From Eledone cirrhosa (taxonomy: Eukaryota), in NCBI GenBank assembly GCA_964016885.1, contig CAXHJY010001282.1:1-63936 (forward strand): DNA of 63,936 nucleotides. The letters run 5' to 3'. A program made the position numbers and the translations under genes. Numbering within the stretch: position 1 is the stretch's first letter; every line of letters begins with the position of its first letter. Shown here one piece after another: positions 41,235 through 54,739 of the stretch. Below the pieces are notes generated by a model that searched no databases, was not told the origin of the DNA, and saw only the letters and a program-made list of their open reading frames with translations.

Positions 41235-43739
41235 ACTCTTTTACTCTTTTACTCTTTTACCTGTTTCAGCCATCCGGCTGAGGCCATGCTGGGGCACCGC
41301 CCTTATTGCTACACATTTTATCTCCAGCTGGTATAGGTTGGCCACTGGTGTAAGAGGGAGTTTGTTGCTGCTGCCCTTAGGTTTCCCTCGTGTCTTGCTG
41401 TGGGCTCATCCGGGATCCTGGATAACAAGGTGTCGAGATGTTTCTTGAAGACATCCACCTCCACGTCATGCAAGTCTCTCAGATGCCTTGGCAACCTGTT
41501 GAAGAGTTGAGGGCCCTTGAATCCCAGGCTATTGCAATACCTGCTCCTTATTCTAGATGTGGAAGACGGGACCTTTGGCACCACACAGTGACGTCCTGTT
41601 CGACGGTTGGTCCAGCTCCCAATGCCAAAGTTTGGTGCTAGTCCCTCCAGGATTTTCCACATGTAGATCACTGCGTATCTTTTCCGTCTTCGCTCCAACG
41701 AGTAGAGGTTCAGTTCCTTTAGCCTCTTCCAGTAGCTTGTCTCCCTCATCTTGGCAATCCTCTTGGTGTAGCTTCGTTGGATTGCCTCAAGCTCCGTGGT
41801 TAGTTTGACACTATGGGGTGACCACAACTGGGAGCAGTAGTCCAGGCGGCTTAGGACAAATGTCCTACATAGTGTCAACATGGTGTCTCGATCTCTTGTC
41901 CGGAAAGTCTTCAAGATCCAGCCAGCGAGTCGTCTGCACATTGTCGCCACTTTCATGATGTGTGAAGAAAAAGATGCATCATCGCTCATGTCTATGCCCA
42001 GGTCTCGTATCGATTTTGACACGGGGATATCGGTCCCTCCTGGTCCTGTGTAGCTGTGTTCCACTATATTTGTGTTTGCAGGTTTGTATTGTAGGGCTTG
42101 GAATTTGCCAGCATTAAACTGCATGTTTTTTCTTCTGCCCATCTGTATATGGCATCCAGATCCTGCTGTAAAAGGGCAGCGTCAGCAGGGTTTTTGATTG
42201 CCTGTGCTACCTTAGTGTCATCAGCATAGCTAGTGAGGGATGTTGTTGCATGCACCACAGAGGGCATGTCCGAGAGAGCCACCAAAAACAGTAGTGGTCC
42301 CAGAACTGTCCCCTGGGACACCCCACTTGTTATCGGTGTTTCCCTCGAGAGGGCCCCATTTGCTGCGACTGCCTTGCTTCTGTCCCTTAGGAACCCATGC
42401 AGCCACTCACCTACTTTTCCAGTTATGCCGAGTCCGTGTAGTTTGTGACATATCATTCCGTGGTCGACCTTGTCAAAGGCCTTCGCAAAGTCAAGATATA
42501 TCAAGTCCACATGTGAGCTGTCTAGTAGTTGTCTCAGTACCCAGTCGTAGTGATGTAGCAGCTGTGTAAGGCAGCTTCTTCCTGGGCGGAAGCCATGTTG
42601 CGTGCTCGTCAGGCGGTCATTTTCTTCGAGGAAAGTGATTAGTTTCTTTCTGACGACTCGCTCCATGACCTTACTGATATGCGACGTCAGGGAGACTGGC
42701 CTATAGTTCTTGGCCTCCACTCTACTACCTCCTTTATGGATAGGGCATATTGTGCCTTCTTTCAGCTCCCTGGGTAGTACACCGCTAGCCAAGGAGCTTC
42801 TGAAGAGCATCTTCAGTGGAGTTGCTAAGGCCCGCTTACATATTTTTAAGAGAACTGCTGGGAATCCATCAGGTCCAGCAGCCGAGTCTGTTCTAATTTC
42901 CTCAATGGCGTACACCACATCCTCCTCCGTTATGTCTATGTGGTTGATGGTTGCCATTTCTTGATGTAGTGTTGTGGCATCAAAGAACTCCTCTGGCTTC
43001 GTTATTTGCATGTGCCTTAGTGGACATGTGAAGACACTTTTATACTGTTCGTTCAGTATTTCACATATCTCTTGGGGGTTTTCGGTTAATGAACCGTCCG
43101 TGTGGAAGAGTGGCCCAATCTTGCAGTGTACTGAGGCAGTTTCTTTTGCAAATTTAAAGAAGGCCTTAGGGTTTGTTTTAATGTTTTCTATGGCCCTGTT
43201 CTCTTTCTTTGCCCTCTCATTCTCATATGAAAGTTTGAGTGCAATCTCGGTGTCAAGTAGTGCACGTTTCAAATAGGATTCCTTCTTGTTTTTGTTTTGT
43301 TGACTATTCAACTTGTTTGAGAGTTTGGTTCTACGTCTCATAAGGATTTTCCTATATCTGGGAATAAGATTTTTGTGTCTGTTTGCCTCTTTCTCCGGGA
43401 CAAACGTTTTGCACACAGTGTGTATCGTTGTCATGAAGTGTTGAAATTGTGTGTTAGTGTCTTGTGTGGCGGTGTTTTCACTCCATGTTTGCTTCCGGAT
43501 TTCACTCTTAATCTTTTTCCAGTTAGCCTTGTAGAAGTTAAGGTTGGATAACGTCCCGGAGCTTCTTGGTGGTTTTGTCTCTGTTGGTTCTCTTGGACCA
43601 CATATCATTAGCTCTACTAAGTTATGATCCGAGAGAATTGTTGGTGTTACCTTTACATTGTGGATGAGCACTTCGTTGTTTGTAAAACAGAGGTCCAGGA
43701 CATTTTCGCCTCTTGTTGGGAGGAGTATTGCTTGCTCCC
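41235..43739 (-). mobile_element. APE-RT LINE family A, 3' part (clade not assigned; CR1/L2/Proto2-like C-terminus)
   Basis: [53 protein letters not shown]; frameshift near 42130; (GTAAAAGA)n tail at 41235-41260. Confidence 0.92.
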
Positions 43740-43752
43740 AATATATATGTAT

Positions 43753-43806
<54 letters not shown>

Positions 43807-43807
43807 G

Positions 43808-43847
<40 letters not shown>

Positions 43848-43967
43848 TGCATGTATATATATGTATATATATATATATATGTATATATATATGTATGTGT
43901 ATATATATATATATGTATATATATATATGTATGTATATATATATATATGTATATATATGTGGGTATG

Positions 43968-43998
<31 letters not shown>

Positions 43999-44100
43999 GT
44001 ATGTATATATATATATATGTATATATGTATATATGTATATATATATGTATGTATATATATGTATATATATATGTATGTATATATATATATATGTATATAT

Positions 44101-45149
44101 ATAACTTTGAATAACTTTGAAATGTTTTGGCCAGTATTGGCCCAGGCCATGTCTAACTTAATAGCACCACCTGGCGAAGTCTTTCAATTCAGGATTTGGG
44201 CACCATGGCCCATTCGAGAAGAGAATTACTGTTTGCGGAGACATATCCGGGTGTGGGTGGTTTGTCCGGGATTACTTGGAGGAATTTGTCCAAAGACTTC
44301 TTGAATTTTGTGTGGTCAGTTTCTGTTTTGACGTGTCCTGGTGTGATGTTGAAGAGAGCAGGGCCGATTGAGGTGAAATAATTGTGCCGTATTGTTGTTA
44401 TGAGTTGCGATTTAGATTTTTGAATGGGACGGATAGCACGGGGCCCAAGCCTTGGGTGTATCTTGAAGGCGATGCCAACATCATTTGGGCAGTGATGATG
44501 GAACATTTTCCACATCATGCAGATAATATAACGCTCACGGCGACGTTGGAGTGAGTAAAGTTTCAGGTTTTCCAATCGACCCCAGTAGTCAAGGTCTGAC
44601 ATGCCATCTATCTTTTTCGTGATTGCCCTTTGAGGAGCTTCAAGTTTCATGATACTTTGTTTCGTGTGGGGAGACCACAGTGGACAACAGTATTCAAGGT
44701 GTGGTCGGGCGAAAGTAGAGAAGAGAAGGATAATGGTGCGGGAATCTCTCGACTGGAAGGTTCTGAGGATCCAGGAACACATTCTGCGGGCCATGTCAAC
44801 TTTGCTGCTTATATGCGTGGTCCAGCTTATGTTGCTGTCCACGGTTACTCCCAAGTCTCTGATGTTGTTAGATGCCACGAGAGTTTCCCCGGAGGGAAGG
44901 GAGTACGGGAGTTTCAGAGCATCCTCTTTTCCAAAGTGGATCAGTTCGAATTTGTCTTCGTTCAGTAACATGTTGTTCTTTTCTGCCCATTGGGTAACAG
45001 CCAGTAGGTCTGACTGAAGGCTTATCCGGTCATCCACGCCATTGATGACCTTTTGGAGCTTGGAATCATCAGCGAAAATTTTAATGTTGCTGTGTTTGAT
45101 GATGTCAGTGATGTCATTAATATAGATGATGAAGAGAAGTGGGCCCAAC
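44101..45149 (-). mobile_element. APE-RT LINE family B, 5'-truncated
   Basis: [30 protein letters not shown]; TTCAAAGTTA tandem tail. Confidence 0.9.
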
Positions 45150-45502
45150 ACATTGTTCCCTCGGTCTGATTTGACTGATAAATACATATATATATATACA
45201 TATATATACATATATATATATGTATATATATATATATGTATATATATATATGTATATATATATATGTATATATATGTATATGTATATATATACATGTATA
45301 TATATATGTATATATATATATATGTATATATATATATGTATATATATGTATATATATGTATATATATATATGTATATATATATATATGTATATATATGTA
45401 TATATATATATGTATTTATCAGTCAAATCAGACCGAGGGAACAATGTTTCCGTTGGTCTTTCCAATTGCTAATACTATCTATCGGTCGCAACTCCAGGAA
45501 GA

Positions 45503-45622
45503 AGGAGCAACGTGAAATAAAGTGTCTTGCTCAAGGACAAAACGCATCGCCTGATCCAGGAATCGAACTCACAACCTTACGATTGCGAATCCAATCCTCT
45601 AACCACTCAGCCACACGGCTTC
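45503..45622 (-). mobile_element. tRNA-derived SINE head
   Basis: A box TGGCTGAGTGG, B box GAGTTCGATTCC, then GTCCTTGAGCAAGACACTT. Confidence 0.8.
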
Positions 45623-45630
45623 ACTATATG

Positions 45631-45662
<32 letters not shown>

Positions 45663-45699
45663 CACACATATATATATATATACATATATATCCCATCAG

Positions 45700-46649
45700 G
45701 TGTAGGGATGACAGAGTTCTTTGAGATACTGGCTGGAGTGCTCCAGGGAGATACACTGGCTCCCTACCTTTTTATCATCGTAGTGGACTATTGTATGCGC
45801 CTTGCACTGGAGAAACACCAGGACTCTGGCTTTACTGTAGCACCGGCTCAGAGCAGGAGAGATGGGGCGAAAAAGGTATCGGATGCTGAATTTGCCGACG
45901 ACATAGTTTTGGTGACAAATACAGTGAAGGAGGCAGAGGATTTGATGCGGGAGGTTGAGACTGTGTCGATGAGTGTGGGGCTGAGAATGAATGAGACTAA
46001 AACAAAATATCTGGTAGAGAATGTTGAGAAGCCAGAGGGGATAACTAATGTAGGCTGGAAGCCGCTGGAATTGGTTGAGGACTTCCTGTATTTGGGAGCA
46101 AAGATTGGGAATACGGAAGATGATGTGGTTAAGAGGAAGAGCAAGGCCTGGGCGGCGTGTCACAGCTTGAGATCGGTGTGGAAGTCGGACCTTCGTAGAG
46201 ACCTGAAAATCCGCCTCTTCATTGCTGTAGTGGAGTCTGTGCTGCTGTATGGGTCTGAGACTTGGACACTGACCAAGAGACTCACTCAGATGGTGGATGG
46301 GTGCTACAAGAGAATGCTGATGATGGCTTTGAACATTAATCAGTATACACTGAGGATGAAAAACTCAGAGCTCTATGGGAGCATCCCAAAAGTCCGCTCA
46401 AAAGTGACACAGAGGAGACTGAGGTTGGCTGGACATGCTCACCGACATCCAGAGCTGACATTGCACTCAGTGCTCTTTTGGGAGCCCCTACATGGACACA
46501 CTAGAAGAGGAAGACCAAGGTTAACATATGTTGATGCCCTAAGGACAGACACTAGTCTGTTGGAGATGCAGGATATGGCAGCGATAATGAGGGACAGAGA
46601 CCGCTGGAGAGAACTCGTCCATGGATCTCGGGAATTTTACCCGCCTTAG
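45700..46649 (+). mobile_element. 5'-truncated RTE-clade LINE (RT C-terminal part, open frame)
   Basis: GVLQGDTLAPYLF, FADD, DFLYLG, LLYGSETW, RRLRLAGH, RRGRP, DRDRWR. Confidence 0.9.
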
Positions 46650-46765
46650 ATACATATATATATATATATACATATATAAATACATATATATATATACATA
46701 TATATATATATACATATATATATATACATATATATATATACATATATGTTCATATATAAATATAC

Positions 46766-46840
<75 letters not shown>

Positions 46841-47023
46841 TATATACATATATATATATATACATATATATACATATATATATACATATAAATATATACA
46901 TATATATACATATATATATACATATATATATATACATATATATATATACATATATATATATACATATATATATATACATATACATATATATATACATATA
47001 TACATATACATATATATATACAT

Positions 47024-50000
47024 ATACAACAACAACAACAACAACAACACCACACACACATTCAATGCCTCTCACCACCACCACCACAATCTCAACAAAC
47101 ACACAGACACAGAAAACAGGTAATGGCAGTAGCACAGAAATAAGGGAAGGTAGTAGGATTGAAAGGAGAAAGGAGACTATGGACAGAGAAAATAACCAAG
47201 ACGAACACACAGACACACAAAATAGAGTAGATAATAACAATGAGCCAGAGGAAAGAGACAAGAGTAATAATGAGAGACATAGAAACAACCATGAGGCTGT
47301 TGGTGGAAATAGAAATAGAAACAACACAACTAACAATAACAATAGCACTAGTACACATAAAGCAGCAGCTTGGAACTCTACTTTTTATAATCCCTCCGAT
47401 AAGTCGTTCGACCTGCGACGAGTCCACGCCACGACTTTACCTTTTAACAAACGCACGCATTTGCCGTCGCAGGTCGATGAACAAACAGAAGCACAATTTA
47501 ATATAGCTAGATCTAAACTTAGAAATATTATAGAACAGTATAGCAAGAAGCATAATAGAATGGATGTCCAGCAACTAGGAGAAAAATCTGCAAATGGCAT
47601 GCGTAAGCTCATGCACCGCTCGCGTAATGGAGAGATAGCATGCTTTCCAACAGACAAGTCTGGCAGAATGTCGGTTGACAGCCTGCCAAATAACATCCAG
47701 GCAATGCAACCCCACATCACTAACACAAGGGAGGTAACACCACAGGAGCATGAGGATAGAGAAAAAGCCCTCAATGCCCATATGGTGATGTGGACAAATA
47801 TAATGCAGCCCAACAAAAGGACTTCCAACAACTTCCAGGCCTAGAACAATGATGTGCCAGCGTTGTATGGGCTTCGAAAAGACCACAAAACGGGCAATGA
47901 CCCTGTCACGGGACCACCAACACGGCCAGTCTGTGGAGCTAACATTGCTAGTAACTACAGACTGTCCTACTTCCTCTCCCTGATCATACGCCCCATCATT
48001 GAAATGTCCCCAGATGTATGTGACAGCACGGAGGACCTCCTCAGCAGAATCGGCGAGAGTAACCGATCTAGGGACCTAACAAACTGCATAATAGGTAGTA
48101 TGGATGTTGTGTCCCTGTATCCATCTATTGGCGTGGATTTTCCTGCGGAGAAATGCGTAGAAATGATCAGTGAGAGCAATGTTGAGTTCTGTGGGATTGA
48201 TACCAGTGAGCTGGGACTCCTACTTAAACTTACCTATAGTAATAATTATCTAGACACATGACCTTAGCAACCTGTGCCCTACAAGACCAGCAAGAGGCAG
48301 ACCACCTATCATTACCTCAATGGCCAAGAAAACCCACACAGATAGATGGAACGGGTGGACCAGAGCCATACGGACCCCCGAAAACCACGATGAACTCTTT
48401 TTAACCCTTAAGGAACATATGTTCAAATTTAATGAAAAAACATATGCCCAAGAGGAGGGAGCAGCCATTGGTGTTAGCATTGCAGGCGACATAGCTAACT
48501 TATTCATGGTATGGTGGGACAGCAGACTTAAACTTAAACTTAAAGAACAATTAGCAGACCCTTTAACCCTGATACGTTGATGATATAAAAATCGTAGTTA
48601 AAACACCCCCACTAGAGAACAATCAGGAATTAGAGAAAAACACAATGGAAAGCATCCAGCAAATAGCTAACTCCATCCACCAGAGTATTAGAGTTACTAT
48701 AGACTACCCAAACAAATACCCCAACCATCGATTACCAGTACTAGACACAGAGCTCTGGTTAGATACCATTAATAACCAAAAGCAAATCCTCCATTCCCAT
48801 TATGCCAAACCCATGACTTCCAAATATCTGATCCACCGAAACTCAGCTGTTTCGGACCATACCAAAATCAAGATACTGATTGCGGATTTGGTACGGGTGA
48901 TAAGAAACGTGTTCCGCATGTGCAACCCTGAAGAACTAGAGAGACACATACAACACTTCATCCACCGTATGCAGTTCTCTGGTTACAATCAGAGAGATAA
49001 AATCAGAGTGTATAGAGGAGCCAGAACCAAATGGGAAAAAATGGTAAATAATGACACAAATGGGACCTGCCCCTTGTATAGGAGCAAATTTTGGAATAGA
49101 ATAGAAAGAACTAGGAATAAGGCTAATAGAATAAACTCATGGTATGATAGCAATAAATACCAGAGTGTAATGTTCATCGATACAACCCCTAGAGGTGAAT
49201 TAGCTTACAAATTTAGAAGGGCCCTAAATAAACATAAACTCAATATTAAGATAGTAAAAAGACCAGGTACCTCCATAAAAACACTTATGAGCAAGACATA
49301 CCCGTTTCAAAGACCCTCCTGTATAGATAAGAAATGTATAACCTGTAAATTAAGCCCCCATATTAACTGTAAAACTAGAAATGTAGTATATAACATAAGA
49401 TGTACTGAAGGACAATGTAGAGACAAAAATATAATGTACATAGGTGAGACAGCTCGTAGCGTAGGGGAACGGATAAATGAACACTGGCGAGATCTTCAAG
49501 ATAGTAAAGAATCATCTGTACTCTACCAACATGCTAAAATAGAATATAAGGGTAAATTAGAAAACATAGAAATAAAAATAGAATCTACACACAGAAATGA
49601 CGCAATGTTTAGACAGATCACAGAGGCAATAAACATAAAAGAATTACAACCAAAATTAAATAGAAAACATGAGTGGAACAACAACATCACAACTTACAAT
49701 TAAGGACAAAATGAAAACACACACGCGCATAGAACAAACAACCAACCTGTAACATGTAAATAAACAAATAAATAAACGAATGTAAACACACACAGACACC
49801 CAGATGTGGCGCATGTGAAGACTGAGCACACAACACACACACAGAAACAAGATGGCGTAGGACAGAACAAAGGAGAGGCACAAAAACAAAGAAAAGAATC
49901 CCAAGTCACTGAAGAGGTCACAGAATGTGTGACGAAAGAACTTTGACAATATATAAACAACCATCTGGTTGTGGAACCACCAACCAACCGGAAATTTATA

Positions 50001-50098
50001 AATTCCTAAATTTATAAATTTATTATAATAAATTGAAGTGAAAGCAACTGGTGCGTGTGTTCCTTATTGGCAACATGAACCTCCCAAAGTATAACAAT
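47024..50098 (+). mobile_element. Neptune-type PLE with disrupted RT-EN ORF
   Basis: PTDKSGR, LYGLRKDHK, RPVCGA, SMDVVSLYPSI, QEEGAAIG, RYVDDI, CIDKKCITC linker, VVYNIRC..YIGETARS; stops, frameshifts and deletions. Confidence 0.9.
49905..49947 (+). ncRNA. Minimal type I HHR (family C)
   Basis: gtca-CTGAAGA-g gtcac agaatgt gtgac-GAAA GAAC TT-tgac. Confidence 0.8.
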
Positions 50099-50167
50099 AT
50101 ATATATATGTATATATATGTATATATATATATGTATATATGTATATATATGTATATATATATGTATA

Positions 50168-50216
<49 letters not shown>

Positions 50217-50288
50217 GTATATATATATGTATATATATGTATATATATATATATATATATGTTTATATATATGTATATATATGTATAA

Positions 50289-50322
<34 letters not shown>

Positions 50323-50459
50323 TTATATGTATATATATATATATATATATTTATATGTATATATATATATATCTATATGTATATATGTATATATGTATAT
50401 CTATATGTATATATGTATATATGTATATATATATATGTATATATGTATATATATATATA

Positions 50460-51068
50460 TGTCAGGTCACCAGTTGGTGCTACTGGTAACATGTATCCCA
50501 GTACAACCTGTCTCATGGTCGGGTCGTTGGCGACTAAACTGGCAACCCCACCAAGGTTTCTTGGTGAGGAGGGTGACTTTGGACATCCTGCAGGACTAAA
50601 AACAAAACCTGTCAAAGGGCAAGGGAGCTCTTAAGAGTCAATAGCCATCCAAAATCACCGGGAGAGATGACCCCTTAGCCTTTGTCAAGGCAGAATTCTA
50701 GGAGAAGGAAAACTCTGATATAACACCTGCAACTCTGATGGTATCCAATGATGTTGACTTGTTCTTCTTTTTGGTAAATATCATCTTGGTTAAGAGAGTG
50801 GGACTGGCTTTGTGCAGTGCCTTTGCTCACTATAAAAGCTTCACAGCACAGGCATTGCTTTATATCTGGAGATCTCTCTGCACTTGTCATCACATGGTAC
50901 CATGGGCCCTGCACTATGTGTCAATAATGGTCACAAGTGTAGTCTTTGTACCAGAGTTTTCAAGTCGCTGGCTGGACTAAAGTCACATTCGTTCAGCGCA
51001 TCGGTAGGGGTTCTCCTACATGGATATAAAGTAGTGGCCGTACTCGAAAACGAGTTGGCAGCCACCAT
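50460..51068 (+). mobile_element. Probable internally deleted or non-autonomous RTE-like element
   Basis: 3' part encodes a C2H2-like [19 protein letters not shown] followed by the hairpin ctcg aaaa cgag, as at RTE 3' ends; 5' part resembles RTE 5' UTRs. Confidence 0.45.
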
Positions 51069-51071
51069 ATA

Positions 51072-51178
<107 letters not shown>

Positions 51179-51203
51179 GTATATATACATATATGTATAT
51201 ATG

Positions 51204-51307
<104 letters not shown>

Positions 51308-51420
51308 TCTGTATGTATATATATGTGTATATATATATGTATATATATCTATATATATATATATATATATATATGTTTATATATATGTATATATATGTAT
51401 AAATATATATATATAGGCTT

Positions 51421-51443
51421 GGCACTTGTTGGTATAAGACGTG
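51421..51443 (+). promoter_or_regulatory. Possible internal Pol II promoter at the LINE 5' end (CACTT...AAGACGTG)
   Basis: Inr-like and DPE-like motifs right after (TA)n; resembles the internal promoters of jockey/I-type LINEs. Confidence 0.35.
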
Positions 51444-52072
51444 AATTGTCGTCTCTGCGGATTTGAAATTTTAATATTTTAAATCGACAGTAATCGGATT
51501 TATGTATGGTTTTAATTCTTCAGAGGACAAGGAAAACATACAAAAAAGATAAGTTTTTGTGCTTTGACGCAATTATTTTGAAGTATATTTTACATATATT
51601 ACCGTTTTGAACATGTTTATTTTCACTGTATGATTCATTCATGGGAGACAACACACACACGTGCTTTCTATTTTTGTTTCATACAGAGCATTTTGGTTTA
51701 GCTTAAGCAATTTTGTATTAATTTTGATATTTCTGAGTAACATAATTTAATTTGATATAATCTTGTTTGATTTTGTATAATCTTATCTGTATTTGACCCG
51801 ATTTCGTTGTTTCTTGTATGATATGCTGATATTACAATAACTCCGTATATTTGTAAACAGACATTTACATCGTGTTTCTATATCTCTGTTTCCGGTTTCT
51901 TCCATTCATTAATTTAAATTTAGATTTAAAAATTTATTTTTATATTTATGAACTGCAGTTGCTCACGCTCTCACGCTGTCTCTATCTCTCTCCTTCCTCT
52001 CTCTCTCTCTCTCTCTCCCCCTCTCTCTCTCTCGATCAACGAGCTCTCTTTCTCCCTCTCTCTAGATCAACG

Positions 52073-52142
<70 letters not shown>

Positions 52143-52383
52143 TCTCTCTCTCCCTCTGACCCCCCCACTCTTCCCGCTATCTCTCTCTCCCTCTGACTCC
52201 CCCCACTCTTCCCGCTATCTCTCTCGCTCCCCTCTTCTGTCTCCCCCTTTTCTTTTCTTTTCTTCTGTTTCTCTTTCTTTTTCTCTCGCTGGAGTTATAT
52301 CTCTATCTCCCTCCCTCACTCTGTCCCTCTCTAACCTCTACTCTACACCTCCCACTGTCCCTCTTTCTTCCCTCCACAGCGAA

Positions 52384-53346
52384 ATGGACTGCATGCAGGA
52401 AAAAGGGGAAAAATGGGAAATCAGGAGTCAGCGAAACTGGTCGAAGATTGAACTAGCGGTTTTGATCAAGGGGTGGACTATGGCTGATGGGTCTCCACCA
52501 AGCAAAAAGATGGCGGAGAACCTGAAGAGCCATGGGTTTATGAGGACCCTGGTACAGATAGAGAGAAAGAGAAAAGAAATTGAGAAGGCGTATGTCCTCA
52601 TAGCGCCTCATATGGCGATGCTAAGCCGTGTCCTCAGGGAGGAGAAAACCGAAGGGAGGGATGAGGAGAAGGAGAGGGAAAAGGAAGAGGAAAAGGAAAG
52701 GGAAAAAGAAAAGGAGGAGAGCACAAGCACGGACCTGAAAGAAAATGATATACCCTCCGCTACAGGCAGGGAGGGCAGGCCGGGCAACCAACAAGCTAAG
52801 GGCAAAGGTGAAAAGCGAAATCACCTTCCGAAGGAGAACCAAGCGCAGAGGGACCAGTGGACAACTGTTCAAAGAAAGAACAGAAAGCACCGAGACACTG
52901 GGAGCAAAAAACACCAAGTAATGTGCAAGTTTTTCAAGAACGGGACATGCTGGCATGGAGAGACAGGGATGGGATGCAGATTCGCCCACCCTAGGTCTCA
53001 AACGAACTATGCCCATCATACTCGCGCAACATGCCCCAGCCAAAGCCGAAATAAGCCGCTCCAGAAGTATGCTGAGGTCGCGCGTGCTGCACCAACAAGG
53101 AGAAGGCACGCACATGCCGACGAGATACAGATGGCAGCAGCAGATCAGAAAAATTTTTTAGTGATGGCAGAGAAGATTGTGGGACAGCTGACCTGGCTGC
53201 ATCGTCTCCAGAGCCAGGGTCATCCACACCAGCACTCGAGACCACCGCAGTTAAGGGACCCAGAGTGGCCGCCGCTGACACCAGACCAGGTGTCATACCG
53301 ACAGCCATTACTGGCACCCCAAATTTCACACCAGTGCTGCTGCTGA
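52384..53346 (+). CDS. LINE ORF1 with a Myb/SANT(trihelix)-like N-terminus, charged linker and CCCH zinc finger
   Basis: RNWSKIELAVLIKGW..MAENLKSHGFMRTLVQIERKRKEIEKAY; CKFFKNGTCWHGETGMGCRFAH (C-x7-C-x8-C-x3-H). Confidence 0.75.
   Translation: MDCMQEKGEKWEIRSQRNWSKIELAVLIKGWTMADGSPPSKKMAENLKSHGFMRTLVQIERKRKEIEKAYVLIAPHMAMLSRVLREEKTEGRDEEKEREKEEEKEREKEKEESTSTDLKENDIPSATGREGRPGNQQAKGKGEKRNHLPKENQAQRDQWTTVQRKNRKHRDTGSKKHQVMCKFFKNGTCWHGETGMGCRFAHPRSQTNYAHHTRATCPSQSRNKPLQKYAEVARAAPTRRRHAHADEIQMAAADQKNFLVMAEKIVGQLTWLHRLQSQGHPHQHSRPPQLRDPEWPPLTPDQVSYRQPLLAPQISHQCCC
53151..53160 (+). promoter_or_regulatory. Candidate -1 ribosomal frameshift site (A AAT TTT / T TTT TTA)
   Basis: In ORF1 phase; the -1 frame runs without a stop into ORF2. 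Confidence 0.6.
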
Positions 53347-54344
53347 ATGTCAGGGGCCTGGTGAAACTCAGCAACATGAGTAAAATTTCCTACCTGGGAG
53401 ACTTAGCCATAAGCAATCAAGCACTATGCATGGCACTAACCGAAACGCACCTGACAAGCAGTATAGCAGATGCAGAAATACATATACCGAAATATACTGT
53501 ATTTCGTTTGGACAGGAAGGAGAGAACTCATGGTGGGGTTGCTCTGTATATCCGTGAAGATGTCACACCAATTGTACTGTTGACACATTCAAACTCAGTC
53601 TGTGACACACTGATAATACATATGAAGCAACTACAGACGGTAATATGTGTCACATATCGGCCGCCCGATGCCCCCAGTCATGAGGGTAAATTTGAGGATA
53701 GCCTAAGTAGGATAGAAGAGGTCCTTGACAAACTGGACCAGGGTCTCAACATCCTACTGCTGGGAGACTTCAACCTACCAAAGGTCAAATGGCCTGAGGG
53801 CCACCTCCTCCCTGGAATGACGTCAATAGAACAGAGACAGACGGAATCCCTGCTGGCCCTCACACACAGGCTGTTCATGGAGCAAGCAATACTCCTCCCA
53901 ACAAGAGGCGAAAATGTCCTGGACCTCTGTTTTACAAACAACGAAGTGCTCATCCACAATGTAAAGGTGACACCAACAATTCTCTCGGATCATAACTTGG
54001 TAGAGCTAATGATATGTGGTCCAAGAGAACCAACAGAGACAAAACCACTAAGAAGCTCCGGGACGCTATCCAGCCTTAACTTCTACGGGGCTGACTGGAA
54101 GAAGATTAAGAGTGAAATCCGGAAGCAAACATGGAGTGCAAACATCGCCACACAAGACACTAACACACAATTTCAACACTTCATGACAACGATACACACC
54201 ATATGCAAAAAGTGTGTCCCGGAGAAAGAGGCAAACAGACACAAAAATCTTATTCCCAGAGATAGGAAAATCCTTATGAGACGTAGAACTAAACTCTCAA
54301 ACCAGTTGAATAGTCAACAAAACCAAAACAAGAAGGAATCCTAG
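53160..54344 (+). pseudogene. LINE ORF2 N-terminus (APE endonuclease), 3'-truncated by the HHR array
   Basis: LLNVRGL, LTETHL, RLDR..HGGVALY, YRPP, LLGDFN, PTR..LDL, SDH. Confidence 0.9.
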
Positions 54345-54432
54345 CTTTGTTCGTTTGTTTGTCAACAAAGCGAACAGCCTGAATTTATGCCTGTATATAC
54401 TTTCGAACGTTCAACTATCTGGCAGATGGGTA

Positions 54433-54477
54433 AACGGTGCTGATGATAGCTAACAAGCTTGAAATTAGTACATCGTT
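54433..54477 (+). ncRNA. Minimal HHR (family M, copy 1)
   Basis: aacggtg-CTGATGA-t agct aaca agct t-GAAA TTAG TA-catcgtt. Confidence 0.78.
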
Positions 54478-54646
54478 CCTGTGTCAGTGTTGAACAAAAA
54501 GGTGACGTGGTTGCCTTAACACCGTATGGCATAAATTCAGGCTGTTCGCTTTGTTGACAAACAAACGAACAAAGCTGCGTTATAATAAACGTCGGCTAAA
54601 CTGATGCGTGCATATATGTATGTGTACCTGTGTGCATATATGTATA

Positions 54647-54739
<93 letters not shown>

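Larger units (their letters stand above)
51415..54342 (+). mobile_element. APE-RT LINE family A, 5' part (5' UTR, ORF1, APE domain)
   Basis: About 53880-54342 is nearly identical to the reverse complement of about 43277-43737. Confidence 0.88.

Noticed and set aside
45503-45622. Functional tRNA genes here, at 22661-22848 and at the lone B box near 24893
   Set aside because: No complete cloverleaf; the first two continue into SINE body sequence
53344-53349. TGA-ATG stop-start coupling for ORF2
   Set aside because: That ATG is in the ORF1 frame, not the ORF2 frame
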